Below, piece after piece: positions 46,583 to 56,019 of a stretch of 64,000 nucleotides of DNA. Positions within the stretch are counted from its first letter, which is position 1. Each line of letters begins with the position of its first letter. A program made the position numbers and the translations under genes. The notes beneath the pieces are model-generated. The model was not told the DNA's origin and searched no databases. It saw only the letters and a list, made by a program, of their open reading frames with translations. The stretch covers positions 1,188 to 65,187 of the forward strand of contig CBDAUU010000120.1 in the NCBI GenBank assembly GCA_965199985.1, read 5' to 3'. This DNA is from Kofleriaceae bacterium (GTDB lineage Bacteria > Myxococcota_A > Polyangia > Haliangiales > Haliangiaceae).

Positions 46583-47489
46583 AGATGATGTAGAGGATCG
46601 TCACCGCAGCGGCTGCCAGATCGAGGACGAACCACGGATCTCGCAACATCGCTTCGGTGGGCGATTCATCCTTGGGCCGGTACAGCGCGAGCCAGACGAA
46701 GCGAATGATGCCGAGCGCGACGAACGGCGTGGAGAGGACGAGGCGTGACGTGTGAAACATCTCGACGGTGTGCTCGTCGAGGGTGTACGCCGCATACGCC
46801 GCCGTCGTGGCCACGGCCAGGACGATCATCGCGAGCCGGACGGTGGTCAGCCGATAGCCCGCCAGTGCGGCACGGGTCGCGGTCGACCCTTTGCCGGAGC
46901 GCTCCGCCCACGCGAGCTCGTGAGCGCGCTTGCCGAGCGCCAGGAACAGCGCGAGTAACCCGGTGCAGGCAAGCAGCCAGCCCGAGGCGGGAACATCGAT
47001 CGCGGCGGCCCCCGCGAGGACGCGCAACAGGAACCCGCTCGCGATCAAGCACACGTCGACGAATGCGACGTGTTTCAGCCGCACGCTGTAGGCGACGTTC
47101 TGCGCGAGGTAGAGGCCGGCCCAGACGCCGAGCATGCGCGACAGCAGCGTGCTGCCGACCAGCGCGATGACCGCGAGGATCCCGGCCGCGAGCAGGGCGG
47201 TATCCTCCGACACTTTGCCCGAAGCGATCGGCCGCCGACACTTGGTCGGATGGACGCGATCCTGCTCGACATCGAGCACATCGTTGAACGCGTAGACCGC
47301 GCCCGCCAGGAGCGAAAATGCGAGCACCGCCACCGCCTCACGCCACACGTAGGTCTTGTCGAGAAGGTGGTGCGAGAACACCAGCGGTGCCGCGACGAAC
47401 ACGTTCTTGACCCACTGGTGGGGTCGTAACGTCTTGATCAGCGGGAGCACCCGAGAGGGATAACCGGCGCTGTCGGTGGAGTCCAGCAT
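46575..47489 (-). CDS. UbiA-family decaprenyl-phosphate phosphoribosyltransferase-like enzyme
   Basis: 'LRPHQWVKNVFV', 'NDVLDVEQDRVHPTKCRRPIASG' (NDxxDxxxD) and 8-9 TM. ATG 47489 ('MLDSTDS') chosen inside the longer ORF. Overlaps dprE1 by 8 nt. Confidence 0.8.
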   Translation of the reverse strand: MLDSTDSAGYPSRVLPLIKTLRPHQWVKNVFVAAPLVFSHHLLDKTYVWREAVAVLAFSLLAGAVYAFNDVLDVEQDRVHPTKCRRPIASGKVSEDTALLAAGILAVIALVGSTLLSRMLGVWAGLYLAQNVAYSVRLKHVAFVDVCLIASGFLLRVLAGAAAIDVPASGWLLACTGLLALFLALGKRAHELAWAERSGKGSTATRAALAGYRLTTVRLAMIVLAVATTAAYAAYTLDEHTVEMFHTSRLVLSTPFVALGIIRFVWLALYRPKDESPTEAMLRDPWFVLDLAAAAVTILYIIYG

Positions 47490-47538
47490 CGCGATCGTGA
47501 CATTGACCGCACGTCGAGCACGGGCGAAGGTAGCCGGC

Positions 47539-49689
47539 GTGAAACGGCCGAAGCTGGTGTGGACGCGCCCCGCCGTGGGGACGCTGGTGGGCGTGGTGGC
47601 GGTCGTCATCGCCTTCGCGGCTCTCGCCTGGCACCGGCGATGGATCGCCGACGACGGCTTGATCGTGATTCGCACGGTCCGCAACGTGCTCGCGGGCAAC
47701 GGGCCGGTCTTCAACGCGTTCGAGCGCGCGGAGGCCAACACCAGCACACTCTGGACCTACGCCCTCGTCCTGATCGTCGGCGTGTTGCGGACCGAACCGG
47801 TCTTCACGTCTGTCGTTGTCGGATGGGCGTTCTCGGTCTGTGGAGTCGCGCTCGCGCTCGATGCCACCCGCCGCTTTCATCGTGCGCGCGGCTCGACCGC
47901 CCTGGTGCTGCCGGCCGGCGCACTCGTCCTGATCGGCACCCAGCCGTTCTGGGACTTTGCGACCTCCGGGCTCGAAACCGGGCTTGCAACGCTGTGGCTC
48001 GCGGCCTGCTGGTGGTTGCTCGTCGCGCTGCGTGCCGAGAGCTCGCTTCGGTCGAAGCTCGCGATCGCCTTCGTGTTCGGGCTTGGCCCGCTGGTGCGGC
48101 CAGACTTCGCCGTCGTTTCGGTCGTCTTCTGCATCGGGTTCTGGCTCCTGGTGCGTCCCAGCTGGAAGCTCGCGGCGCTGCTGCTCGGCGTCGCGCTCGC
48201 ACTACCGGTCACGTACGAAGTGTTTCGCGCGGGCTACTACGGCGTGCTCGTGCCTCTCCCTGCGATCACCAAGAGTGCAGGAGACGCGGATTGGGCACGT
48301 GGCATCGCGTACCTGCTCGACTACGTGACTCCGTACTTCGTGTACGTGCCAGTGGTGATCCTCGCGATCCTCGCGTGCATCGCCCTGCTCCGACGACGGA
48401 TCGTAGACCGTGTCCGGATCCTCATCGGAACGACGACCGTTGCCGGACTGTTGATGACCGCCTTCGTCCTCCGAGTCGGCGGCGATTTCATGCATGGCCG
48501 CATGATGCTGCCGCCGACGTTCATGCTGCTGTTTCCGGTGATGCTCCTTCCTGTGCGCCGCATCACCGCACCCGCGTTGGGTGCGATCGCGATCTGGGCC
48601 GTCGTCGCCCTCGTGATCCGGACCGATGGCAAGCCTCATTCAAGCGCGGAGCGCGTGTTCGACGAACGTCATAACTACGCGAACTGGACGAGGTCCCGGC
48701 ATCCAACAGAGGCTTCGGTTTTCCTGCAAGCGGACATTTACTCGACGAATCTTGTCAACGCGGCGCTCGCCAACCACCGTCACCGGTTGATCTCGGAAGG
48801 CGGCCTCGATCTCGCCGCGAACCCTGCGTATTCCGCTCCGGTGATGTACGCGGTCGGGCGGTTGGGCACGGGCGGTGCGACGGCACCGCTCGATGGCATC
48901 GTGATCGACGTCCTCGGCCTCGCGAATCCGCTCGGTGCGCATATCACGGTCAATCAGCCCGGAATGACCGGCCACGAGAAGAGCCTCCCGTGGGCGTGGA
49001 TTCGGGCGGACTACACGGATCCCGCGACCGACGCCAGGCCAAGAAACGCGCTCAACGTCGCAGCGATCCGGGCCGCACGGCACGCGATGGGCTGCGGCGA
49101 TCTTGCGGAGCTCTTCGCCTCGGTTCGCGAACCGATGACAGCGAGCCGCTTTCTCGCGAACCTCGAAGGATCGGTACGCCGGACCCGGCTCGTCGTTCCG
49201 AGCGATCCGTTCGACGCCGAGAAGAAGTTCTGCCCGGACATGCTGCCTCGTGACCTCACCAACCTGGATCCGGACGTCGTGGCATCGAGCAGTTACGAAG
49301 GAGAAGGGTGGGGCGTCGACGCAGCGGTCGACGGCCTCACGACCTCGACGAGCGAATCGAAGGGATTCTCGAGCGAGGTCGGTCCGACCCAGTGGATCGA
49401 GGTTCACCTCCACAAACCCTCGTCGGTGTCGACGGTCACGCTCTATCCGCGCGCCGATGACCTGCCAGGTGCGGGCTTCCCGATCGATTTCCAGATCGAG
49501 ATCTGGAACGGCAGCGCGTGGATCCCGCGCGTGACTCGAACCGCCGTTCCGAACCCGGGCTCCACCGCGCAGGTGTTCACGTGGTCCCCGGCCGACCAGA
49601 CCGATCGCGTTCGCATCACCGCGACGAAACTGCCAACCGTGTCGAAGGAAGGGCCGCGGCTCCAGTTCGCCGAGATCGAAGTGAAGTGA
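47539..49689 (+). CDS. GT-C-type polytopic glycosyltransferase (arabinofuranosyltransferase candidate) fused to a C-terminal F5/8 type C (discoidin) domain
   Basis: 'WIADDGLIVIRTVRNVLAGNGPVFNAFERAEANTSTLW' (first-loop acidic motif) and more than 10 TM. C-terminal 'WIEVHLHKPSSVSTVTLYPR...FQIEIWNGSAWIP...RVRITATKL...LQFAEIEV'. The start could be 47476. Confidence 0.65.
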   Translation: MKRPKLVWTRPAVGTLVGVVAVVIAFAALAWHRRWIADDGLIVIRTVRNVLAGNGPVFNAFERAEANTSTLWTYALVLIVGVLRTEPVFTSVVVGWAFSVCGVALALDATRRFHRARGSTALVLPAGALVLIGTQPFWDFATSGLETGLATLWLAACWWLLVALRAESSLRSKLAIAFVFGLGPLVRPDFAVVSVVFCIGFWLLVRPSWKLAALLLGVALALPVTYEVFRAGYYGVLVPLPAITKSAGDADWARGIAYLLDYVTPYFVYVPVVILAILACIALLRRRIVDRVRILIGTTTVAGLLMTAFVLRVGGDFMHGRMMLPPTFMLLFPVMLLPVRRITAPALGAIAIWAVVALVIRTDGKPHSSAERVFDERHNYANWTRSRHPTEASVFLQADIYSTNLVNAALANHRHRLISEGGLDLAANPAYSAPVMYAVGRLGTGGATAPLDGIVIDVLGLANPLGAHITVNQPGMTGHEKSLPWAWIRADYTDPATDARPRNALNVAAIRAARHAMGCGDLAELFASVREPMTASRFLANLEGSVRRTRLVVPSDPFDAEKKFCPDMLPRDLTNLDPDVVASSSYEGEGWGVDAAVDGLTTSTSESKGFSSEVGPTQWIEVHLHKPSSVSTVTLYPRADDLPGAGFPIDFQIEIWNGSAWIPRVTRTAVPNPGSTAQVFTWSPADQTDRVRITATKLPTVSKEGPRLQFAEIEVK

Positions 49690-50999
49690 GGCCGAGCTCG
49701 CGCGCCATTCTCGTCGTGGGCTGGCTCGGGATGATGCTCTATGCGTTTCCCGGCTATATGAGCTACGACTCGGTCGCGCAGCTGATGGAGGCGCGCCTCG
49801 GGTGGTTCGATGACGGTCATCCGCCGGCGATGGCCTTTCTCTGGGGCAACGTCGATGGCTTCGTGGCCGGGCCGGTCGGCATGCTGGTCATCCAGGTCAC
49901 GTGCTTCCTGATCGGCGCATACCTGATCCTGCGCCAGCGCCTTGCGCCGAGGGGCGCCGCGGTCTGTGCCGTGCTGGTGCTGTGGTTTCCGCCCGTCGCG
50001 AACACGATGAGTGTGATCTGGAAGGACTCGCAGATGGCGGCCTTCATGTTGCTCGGGACCGCGCTGCTGCTCGAGCCGCGCCGGCACTGGAAGATCATCG
50101 GACTCGTGCTGCTCGGCCTCGCGACTGCGCTTCGCTACAACGCGCTCGCGATGACGATCGAGCTGGTCGTCTTGTTGTTCGTGTGGAACCCGACGTGGCA
50201 CTGGTGGAAGCGCTACGCCCTCGGATTGCTCGCGTTCGTCGTCATCACCGTTGGAGCGCGGGTCGTCACCACCGCCCTCACCGATACCCCGCGGTTCATG
50301 TGGCATCGCAGCATCGCGTTGCTCGATATCGTGGGCACGCTCCGCTACGCGCCCGATATTCCCGAGGCAACGCTCGAGCAGGAGCTGGCGGGCACGCCAC
50401 TCGTCGTCCCGAACGACCTCCAGGCGCGGGCTCGCAAGACGTGGCGACCCGACGTGTCGCGCACCGAGCAGTTGTGGGATGCAACCGACCGGTTCTTCGA
50501 GCGCCCGGATACGCCGTCAGAGCGCGAGGCGGTAGCTCGAGCGTGGCGAGCGATCGTGTTCGCGCATCCGAAGGCGTACCTCGAGTACCGGTGGGTCTTG
50601 TTCGCGCAGCTGATCCAGCTCGACGACACGCAGCTGGGCTCGCCCGTTTATTTTTGGTTCGGCGACATCCAGGACCTCGCGCGCAGCGCTGTCTATTCGG
50701 ATCACGATGCAGGCCCGAGTGGCCTGCAGTCTGCGCTCCACCAGGTCATGGAATGGCTCGGCGAGACCTGGTTGTTCCACGTTTCCGTGTATGTCGGACT
50801 GGCCCTCTTGCTGTTGCCGTTCTGCTGGGGAGACCGGCTGACATTCGCACTCCTCTCATCGGGCCTTGCCGGCGAGCTGTTCCTGTTCGTGATCGCGCCG
50901 ACGGTGGACGTGCGGTACTCGTTCTGGCTCGTGCTGACGACCGTGCTCGCGGTCATCCTGATCACCGCGCGTAGGGTATTGTCGCGGCCACAGCTATGA
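49686..50999 (+). CDS. Polytopic membrane protein, GT-C-like (paralogue of 42516..43871)
   Basis: GTGA overlap with the upstream gene. 'YAFPGYMSYDSVAQL', 'DDGHPPAMAFLW' and 'IWKDSQMAAF'. Confidence 0.55.
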   Translation: MRPSSRAILVVGWLGMMLYAFPGYMSYDSVAQLMEARLGWFDDGHPPAMAFLWGNVDGFVAGPVGMLVIQVTCFLIGAYLILRQRLAPRGAAVCAVLVLWFPPVANTMSVIWKDSQMAAFMLLGTALLLEPRRHWKIIGLVLLGLATALRYNALAMTIELVVLLFVWNPTWHWWKRYALGLLAFVVITVGARVVTTALTDTPRFMWHRSIALLDIVGTLRYAPDIPEATLEQELAGTPLVVPNDLQARARKTWRPDVSRTEQLWDATDRFFERPDTPSEREAVARAWRAIVFAHPKAYLEYRWVLFAQLIQLDDTQLGSPVYFWFGDIQDLARSAVYSDHDAGPSGLQSALHQVMEWLGETWLFHVSVYVGLALLLLPFCWGDRLTFALLSSGLAGELFLFVIAPTVDVRYSFWLVLTTVLAVILITARRVLSRPQL

Positions 51000-52852
51000 G
51001 ACGGCCGGTGTTAGGGGTGCTCGAGATCGCGACGGCGTTCGTCGTCGCCGCGCTATTCGTTCTGTCGTGCACGCACGTCTCGATGGATCCTCTCGATCGG
51101 CTCGGTCAAGTCAGCATCCTGGCCGCGATCGAATGGCGCTTCGTGCTGTTCGCACTGCCGTGCGTTGCCGCCTTGCTCCTCGCCGCCCGCGGATCGCATT
51201 TCGAAACCTGGACCCGGTTCGTGTGCGCGGCCATGGCCGGGCTCGCGAGCGCGACCGTGGCCGGCGGGGTCTACGCCATCCTTCACCGCACCCCGTTCGG
51301 CCTCGGCGGAATGGGCGGAGATGCCGGCATCCTGATCTCATGGGCCGACCAGGTGAAGGCGGGTAAGGGCATGGAGTCCAGTGTCTACCCGCCGGGCCAG
51401 ATCTATCTCCTCGCAGCGATGTCGAAGCTCTCGGGTGTTCGCAGCGCGTACGTCATCCAGGCGTTTCAGATCGTCGGCGTGGCCGCGGTCGGTCCGTGCG
51501 CTTACGCGGCATGGCGGCTCCTCCTGAAGCCGCAGACCGCCCTGATCGTGGCCTTGGTCTCGGGCATCCCGATGATCGAGGCGTATCGCCAGTATCCACT
51601 CCTGACGCTCGTGATCTTGATCCCTGTCCTGGTGAAGTTTCTCCAGGTCCTGCGCTACTCCGACCGCGACCCGCTGCGCCGCACCATCTGGTGTGGCCTG
51701 GGCTTCGGGGTCGCACTCGGCTCCTTGTTCCTCCTGTACTCGGGTTGGTTCCAGTGGTCTGGTCCGGGCTTCTTTGTCGCGGCCGCGATCGTCTTTCCGT
51801 GGCGCAACTGGAAGCAGGGCGCGCTGTTCTGCGCGATCGCGAGCGTGGTGTTCGGCCTGATGACGTACCGTTACCTCACGGGCGTCGTCGCAGCGTCGGG
51901 TGTCTCGGATAACTACGTCTACTTCGACGCGACGATCGAACCGATGTTCGTCGCGATGTGGCGCGGCGGGTTGCCAGGCACGATCGGCGTGTGGCCACCG
52001 TTCGGCGAGTTCGGTGGCGTCGGCGTGTTCACGCTGATCCTCGCGGTCGGTCTCGGGCTCTCGGTCGCGATCGCGCGCGCGCGCACGATCGTGATCGGTG
52101 TGGGCTGCATCCTCGTGGGCACCTGGCTATTTCGGCTGTGGCATGCGCACCGGATGTGGAAGACCAAGCTCGTCCAGCTGTGGCCGCGCACGACGGCCGA
52201 GCTGCTCTACCTCCTGCTGGTGCTCGGCGCGTTCGCCGCATGCATCGCGATCGAACGCCGCCGCAAAGCCGAAGAAGCCACAGCCACCGGGTTCATTGGC
52301 GTGATCGCCGGGCTCGCGCTGGTCATTGCATCGGCCAGCTCCTCGACGATCGACAAATACATGCCAAAGAACGAGGAGGCCGGTCCGGGCATGCTGGCGT
52401 GGCGCTCGTTCCATCAGCCCCTGCTCGAGGCGAATCAGCTCACGATGGGCGCGACCGTGAAAGCGCGGTCTTCGCTCGAGACCAGCCGGTGGTCGACCGG
52501 CGGAGCGATCGATCACAAGCTGACGCGGGGCTACTCCAGCGAGCTCGGTCGCAAGGATGACCACGTCGAGTGGCTCGAGCTCGACATGCACCAGGCCCGG
52601 ATCTTTTCGCGGCTGTTGTTCTGGCCCGCTGAAGCGGGAAGTCCCGTCGACTTCGTCGTCGAGGTCTGGGACGGCTCGACGTGGACCGTTGAAGCAACGG
52701 TGAAGGACTTCCCGCAGGCACACATGCTGCCGCAGGTGATCAAGCTTGCACACTCGCACGAGACTGACCTTGTCCGCATCCGCGCCACGAAGCTCCGTCA
52801 GGTTGACGGTGACTACGTGTTCAGGGTTGCCGAAGTCGAGCTCTACGAATAG
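50996..52852 (+). CDS. Polytopic membrane protein (GT-C candidate) fused to a C-terminal F5/8 type C (discoidin) domain
   Basis: ATGA overlap with the upstream gene and about 12 TM. C-terminal 'WLELDMHQARIFSRLLFWP...FVVEVWDGSTWTV...LVRIRATKL...FRVAEVELY'. Confidence 0.6.
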   Translation: MRRPVLGVLEIATAFVVAALFVLSCTHVSMDPLDRLGQVSILAAIEWRFVLFALPCVAALLLAARGSHFETWTRFVCAAMAGLASATVAGGVYAILHRTPFGLGGMGGDAGILISWADQVKAGKGMESSVYPPGQIYLLAAMSKLSGVRSAYVIQAFQIVGVAAVGPCAYAAWRLLLKPQTALIVALVSGIPMIEAYRQYPLLTLVILIPVLVKFLQVLRYSDRDPLRRTIWCGLGFGVALGSLFLLYSGWFQWSGPGFFVAAAIVFPWRNWKQGALFCAIASVVFGLMTYRYLTGVVAASGVSDNYVYFDATIEPMFVAMWRGGLPGTIGVWPPFGEFGGVGVFTLILAVGLGLSVAIARARTIVIGVGCILVGTWLFRLWHAHRMWKTKLVQLWPRTTAELLYLLLVLGAFAACIAIERRRKAEEATATGFIGVIAGLALVIASASSSTIDKYMPKNEEAGPGMLAWRSFHQPLLEANQLTMGATVKARSSLETSRWSTGGAIDHKLTRGYSSELGRKDDHVEWLELDMHQARIFSRLLFWPAEAGSPVDFVVEVWDGSTWTVEATVKDFPQAHMLPQVIKLAHSHETDLVRIRATKLRQVDGDYVFRVAEVELYE

Positions 52853-52871
52853 CGAGACAACGACGACGGAT

Positions 52872-53450
52872 TCAGCGCTTGCGCGCGAGGACGATGAACT
52901 CGTTGTAGCGGAAGAACTTTCCCAGCGAGCGTGCGAACGGGAACGAGTACTGGTCGGTGACTCGCAGCCCGGCGTGCGATGCGATCGCGGCGAGCCGTTC
53001 GAGGTCGACGAACTCGATGTGTGTTGGGTTGAAGCGAAACCCGGCTTCTTGTGGCGTGATGAAGATCGCGCGGCCGCCTGCCTTGAGTCGCGGAATGTAC
53101 TGCTCGACGAGGGCCTGCGCCTCCGCGCCGGTCATGTGCTCGAGCACGTGCGAGAACAGGAGGGTGTCGAACTGTTTCGCCGGATCGACCTCGGTGAGAA
53201 ATTCATCGGGCGTGTAGACGGTCAGTCCGTTCGCGCGGCAACTCGCAAGCGATTCGGGATCGATATCGATACCGATTCCATTTCCGTTGCAATGGAACAA
53301 GTTGCGGCCCATGCCGCAGCCGACATCGAGGACGAAACCCGGATCGAGCTTCTGCAGGTGGCGGCGATACGGCCACTGCACGTCGATGTAGCGCTTCCAC
53401 CAAGCGCCCACGCGAACGCGGTTGGCGGAAGCGGCATCGACACCGGACAT
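52872..53450 (-). CDS. Class I SAM-dependent methyltransferase
   Basis: 'VLDVGCGMGRNL', 'TLLFSHVLEHM' and 'GGRAIFITP'. An internal ATG (53450) is preferred, because the longest ORF would overlap the divergent GT4 start. Confidence 0.65.
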   Translation of the reverse strand: MSGVDAASANRVRVGAWWKRYIDVQWPYRRHLQKLDPGFVLDVGCGMGRNLFHCNGNGIGIDIDPESLASCRANGLTVYTPDEFLTEVDPAKQFDTLLFSHVLEHMTGAEAQALVEQYIPRLKAGGRAIFITPQEAGFRFNPTHIEFVDLERLAAIASHAGLRVTDQYSFPFARSLGKFFRYNEFIVLARKR

Positions 53451-53600
53451 GGCGCAGGACGCTACCACGAAGAAATCGCTGAATTCGCGCGCTTCAAGGT
53501 ACGATCGCGACCAATGCGCTGGCAGCTCCGCACCTTCCGTCCCTCCGGCGCGCGCGTTCGCGATTTCGGGGCGGGCAACCGCCACGAGCCTGCGCTCTAG

Positions 53601-54707
53601 ATGCATCGAATCCTGTTGAGCACGTACGCGTATCCGCCCTCGGTCGGGGGTGTCGAGCGTCAGTCACAACGCCTCGCTCACGCGCTCGTCGAGCGCGGCC
53701 ATGCCGTCGAAGTAGTGACTGCCGAACATCCCGACGCGCCCGTGCACGAGCTCGATCACGGGGTCGAGATCACGCGCGTGTCAGCGGGAATCGGGTCGCG
53801 CTGGCGCAGGATGGCGACGTACGTGAGCAGCGTCGCGGCCCACGTGATTCGCAGACGCGATCAGATCGATCTCGTCCACATCCAGCAGGCGCTCTATCCG
53901 GCAGCCGCGATCACGCCGCTGGCGCGCGCGCTCGGCAACCCCGTGGTGGTCCGCAACTCTGGCTCCGGGACGCATGGCGCGGTGCAGCTGATGTCGCGGT
54001 TGCCGGGCGGGCGGGCGGCCCTGGCGGTTATCGGGCGGTTAGCGACGACGGTCTCCCTCTCGGACGAGATGACCCGCGAGATGCGCGACGCGGGGTTTCA
54101 GCGCGTCGTCCAGATTCCCAACGGGGTCGAGCCGCCGCGGGTGGTCGACCGCGCGGCAGCGCGCGACGCGCTCGGGATCCCTGCGCGCGCACGGGTGGTT
54201 CTCGTCGTCGGTCGCCTCGACCGCGAGAAGGGAACTCGCCTGCTGGCGCGAGCCTGGCCGCTCGTTGCGGCTCCGGATGCACTGCTCGTCGTGGCAGGCG
54301 ATGGGCCGGAGCGCGAGCTGCTGACGACCTTCGCGAACGTACGGCTGCCCGGCTTTGTCGCGGATCTCGCGCCGTACTATGCGGCCGCCGACCTGTTCGT
54401 GTTGCCCTCGGAGTCCGAGGGAATCTCGAATGCATTACTCGAGGCAATGGCGGCCGGCCTCCCGGTGATCGCGACGAAGGTCGGCGGTAACGCCGCCGTC
54501 ATTTCGGATCCCTCGTTCGGCGTGCTCACCCCGGCCAACGACGCGAGCTCGCTCGCTCGCGAGATCAGCGCACTTCTAGGGGACAACGATCGGGCGTTGC
54601 TTCTCGGGCGCTCGGCGAAGCAGCACGTCGCCGAATTCTGGTCGTTCCAGGCGATGGTCGACGCGTACGAGCGCCTGTACGATTCCGTCGTTGTCCGAGC
54701 CGCGTGA
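53601..54707 (+). CDS. GT4-family glycosyltransferase
   Basis: 'YPPSVGGVERQSQRLAHAL', 'GRLDREKG' and 'FVLPSESEGISNALLEAMAAGLPVIATKVGG' (EX7E region). Confidence 0.8.
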   Translation: MHRILLSTYAYPPSVGGVERQSQRLAHALVERGHAVEVVTAEHPDAPVHELDHGVEITRVSAGIGSRWRRMATYVSSVAAHVIRRRDQIDLVHIQQALYPAAAITPLARALGNPVVVRNSGSGTHGAVQLMSRLPGGRAALAVIGRLATTVSLSDEMTREMRDAGFQRVVQIPNGVEPPRVVDRAAARDALGIPARARVVLVVGRLDREKGTRLLARAWPLVAAPDALLVVAGDGPERELLTTFANVRLPGFVADLAPYYAAADLFVLPSESEGISNALLEAMAAGLPVIATKVGGNAAVISDPSFGVLTPANDASSLAREISALLGDNDRALLLGRSAKQHVAEFWSFQAMVDAYERLYDSVVVRAA

Positions 54708-56019
54708 ATCGAGACCCGCTCGAAGCCTGATCCAGCTGGTCGTGGCGGTCGGGTCGATCGCGATGATCGCTCGCGTGTTCGGTGCCGGTAAGGATCTGAT
54801 CGTCGCCGATAAGCTCGGGACCTCCGATCTGCTCGACGCGTTCCTGATGGCGAGCCTGGTGCCTCTGTTCGTCACGAACACGATCTCGGCATCGTTCGGC
54901 GAAGCGTTCGTGCCGGTGTTCGTGCGCGCGCGCGACCAACAGGGCAAGGTGGAGGCGCAGCAGCTCCTTCGCGGCGCCACTGCGATCACCCTGATCACCT
55001 TGGTGGTCGTTACTGCTCCTCTGGCGCTGTTCATGAGACCACTGCTCGAGGTGCTGGCGCGTGGGTTCTCCGAGGACAAGGTCGCGCTGACGACGCACAT
55101 GGCTCGCACGCTCCTGCCGATTCAGATCCTCGGCGGCCTGTCGGCCTGCTGGGCGCACGTGCTCAATGCGAGTGGTCAAGCGCATCGGACCGCGCTGACG
55201 CCGATCATCGCGCCCGTCCTCACGATCGCTGCGCTCCTCGCCGGCGGGGGACAAGCCGCCGTGTTCGCCCTCACGGGTGGCCTGCTCGGTGGCGCCGTCA
55301 TCGAGGCACTCGCGCTCGGACTCTCGGTTCACGCGCTCGGCTTCTCGTTGATGCCTCGGTGGATCGGCTTCACGCCGGAGCTGCGGCGCTTCGCGAACCA
55401 GTGCGTGCCCCTCGCGGGCGCGTCCTTCCTGGCAACCGGTTCGAGCTTGATCGATCAGTCGATGGCCTCGTGGCTGGGCTCTGGCGCGGTCTCTGCACTC
55501 AACTACGGCAACAAGATCACGATGATGGTCCTCGGCGTGGCGAACGTCGCGTTGACCTCGGTGCTGTACCCGCACTTCGCGACGCTCGTTGCAGCGCACG
55601 ACTTCGCAGGACTGCGCGCGGTGTTTCGGCGCTACACGCTCTTGCTGCTGCTCGCGGGAGCGGCAGGCGCAGCGATCTTGATCGCGATCTCCGGGCCCGT
55701 GATCTCGCTCCTGTTCGAACGCGGCTCGTTTCATGCGAGCGACACGGCCATCGTCGCGCGCGTGCAGCAGCTCTATCTGATCCAGCTCCCATTTCATCTC
55801 GCGGGGATCATCGGCGTGCGCCTCGTGAGCGCGCTCGGCCTCAATCGGATCCTGCTCGCGTTCACGCTCGTCACTGGGGTGATCAACGCGGCTGCAAACT
55901 ACTGGTTCATGCAGCGGTGGGGGGTGGCGGGTATCGCCTTGTCGACCTCGCTCGTGTTCTTGTCCTCCTTCGTGATGGTGTGGTTCACCACTCGTGCACT
56001 GCTGAAGGCCCGGTCGTGA
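54691..56019 (+). CDS. MurJ/MVF-family lipid-linked oligosaccharide flippase-like protein
   Basis: 'ARVFGAGKDLIVADKLGTSDLLDAFLMA' and 'FGEAFVPVF' resemble the MurJ N-terminus. 12-14 TM. Confidence 0.7.
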   Translation: MSEPRESRPARSLIQLVVAVGSIAMIARVFGAGKDLIVADKLGTSDLLDAFLMASLVPLFVTNTISASFGEAFVPVFVRARDQQGKVEAQQLLRGATAITLITLVVVTAPLALFMRPLLEVLARGFSEDKVALTTHMARTLLPIQILGGLSACWAHVLNASGQAHRTALTPIIAPVLTIAALLAGGGQAAVFALTGGLLGGAVIEALALGLSVHALGFSLMPRWIGFTPELRRFANQCVPLAGASFLATGSSLIDQSMASWLGSGAVSALNYGNKITMMVLGVANVALTSVLYPHFATLVAAHDFAGLRAVFRRYTLLLLLAGAAGAAILIAISGPVISLLFERGSFHASDTAIVARVQQLYLIQLPFHLAGIIGVRLVSALGLNRILLAFTLVTGVINAAANYWFMQRWGVAGIALSTSLVFLSSFVMVWFTTRALLKARS

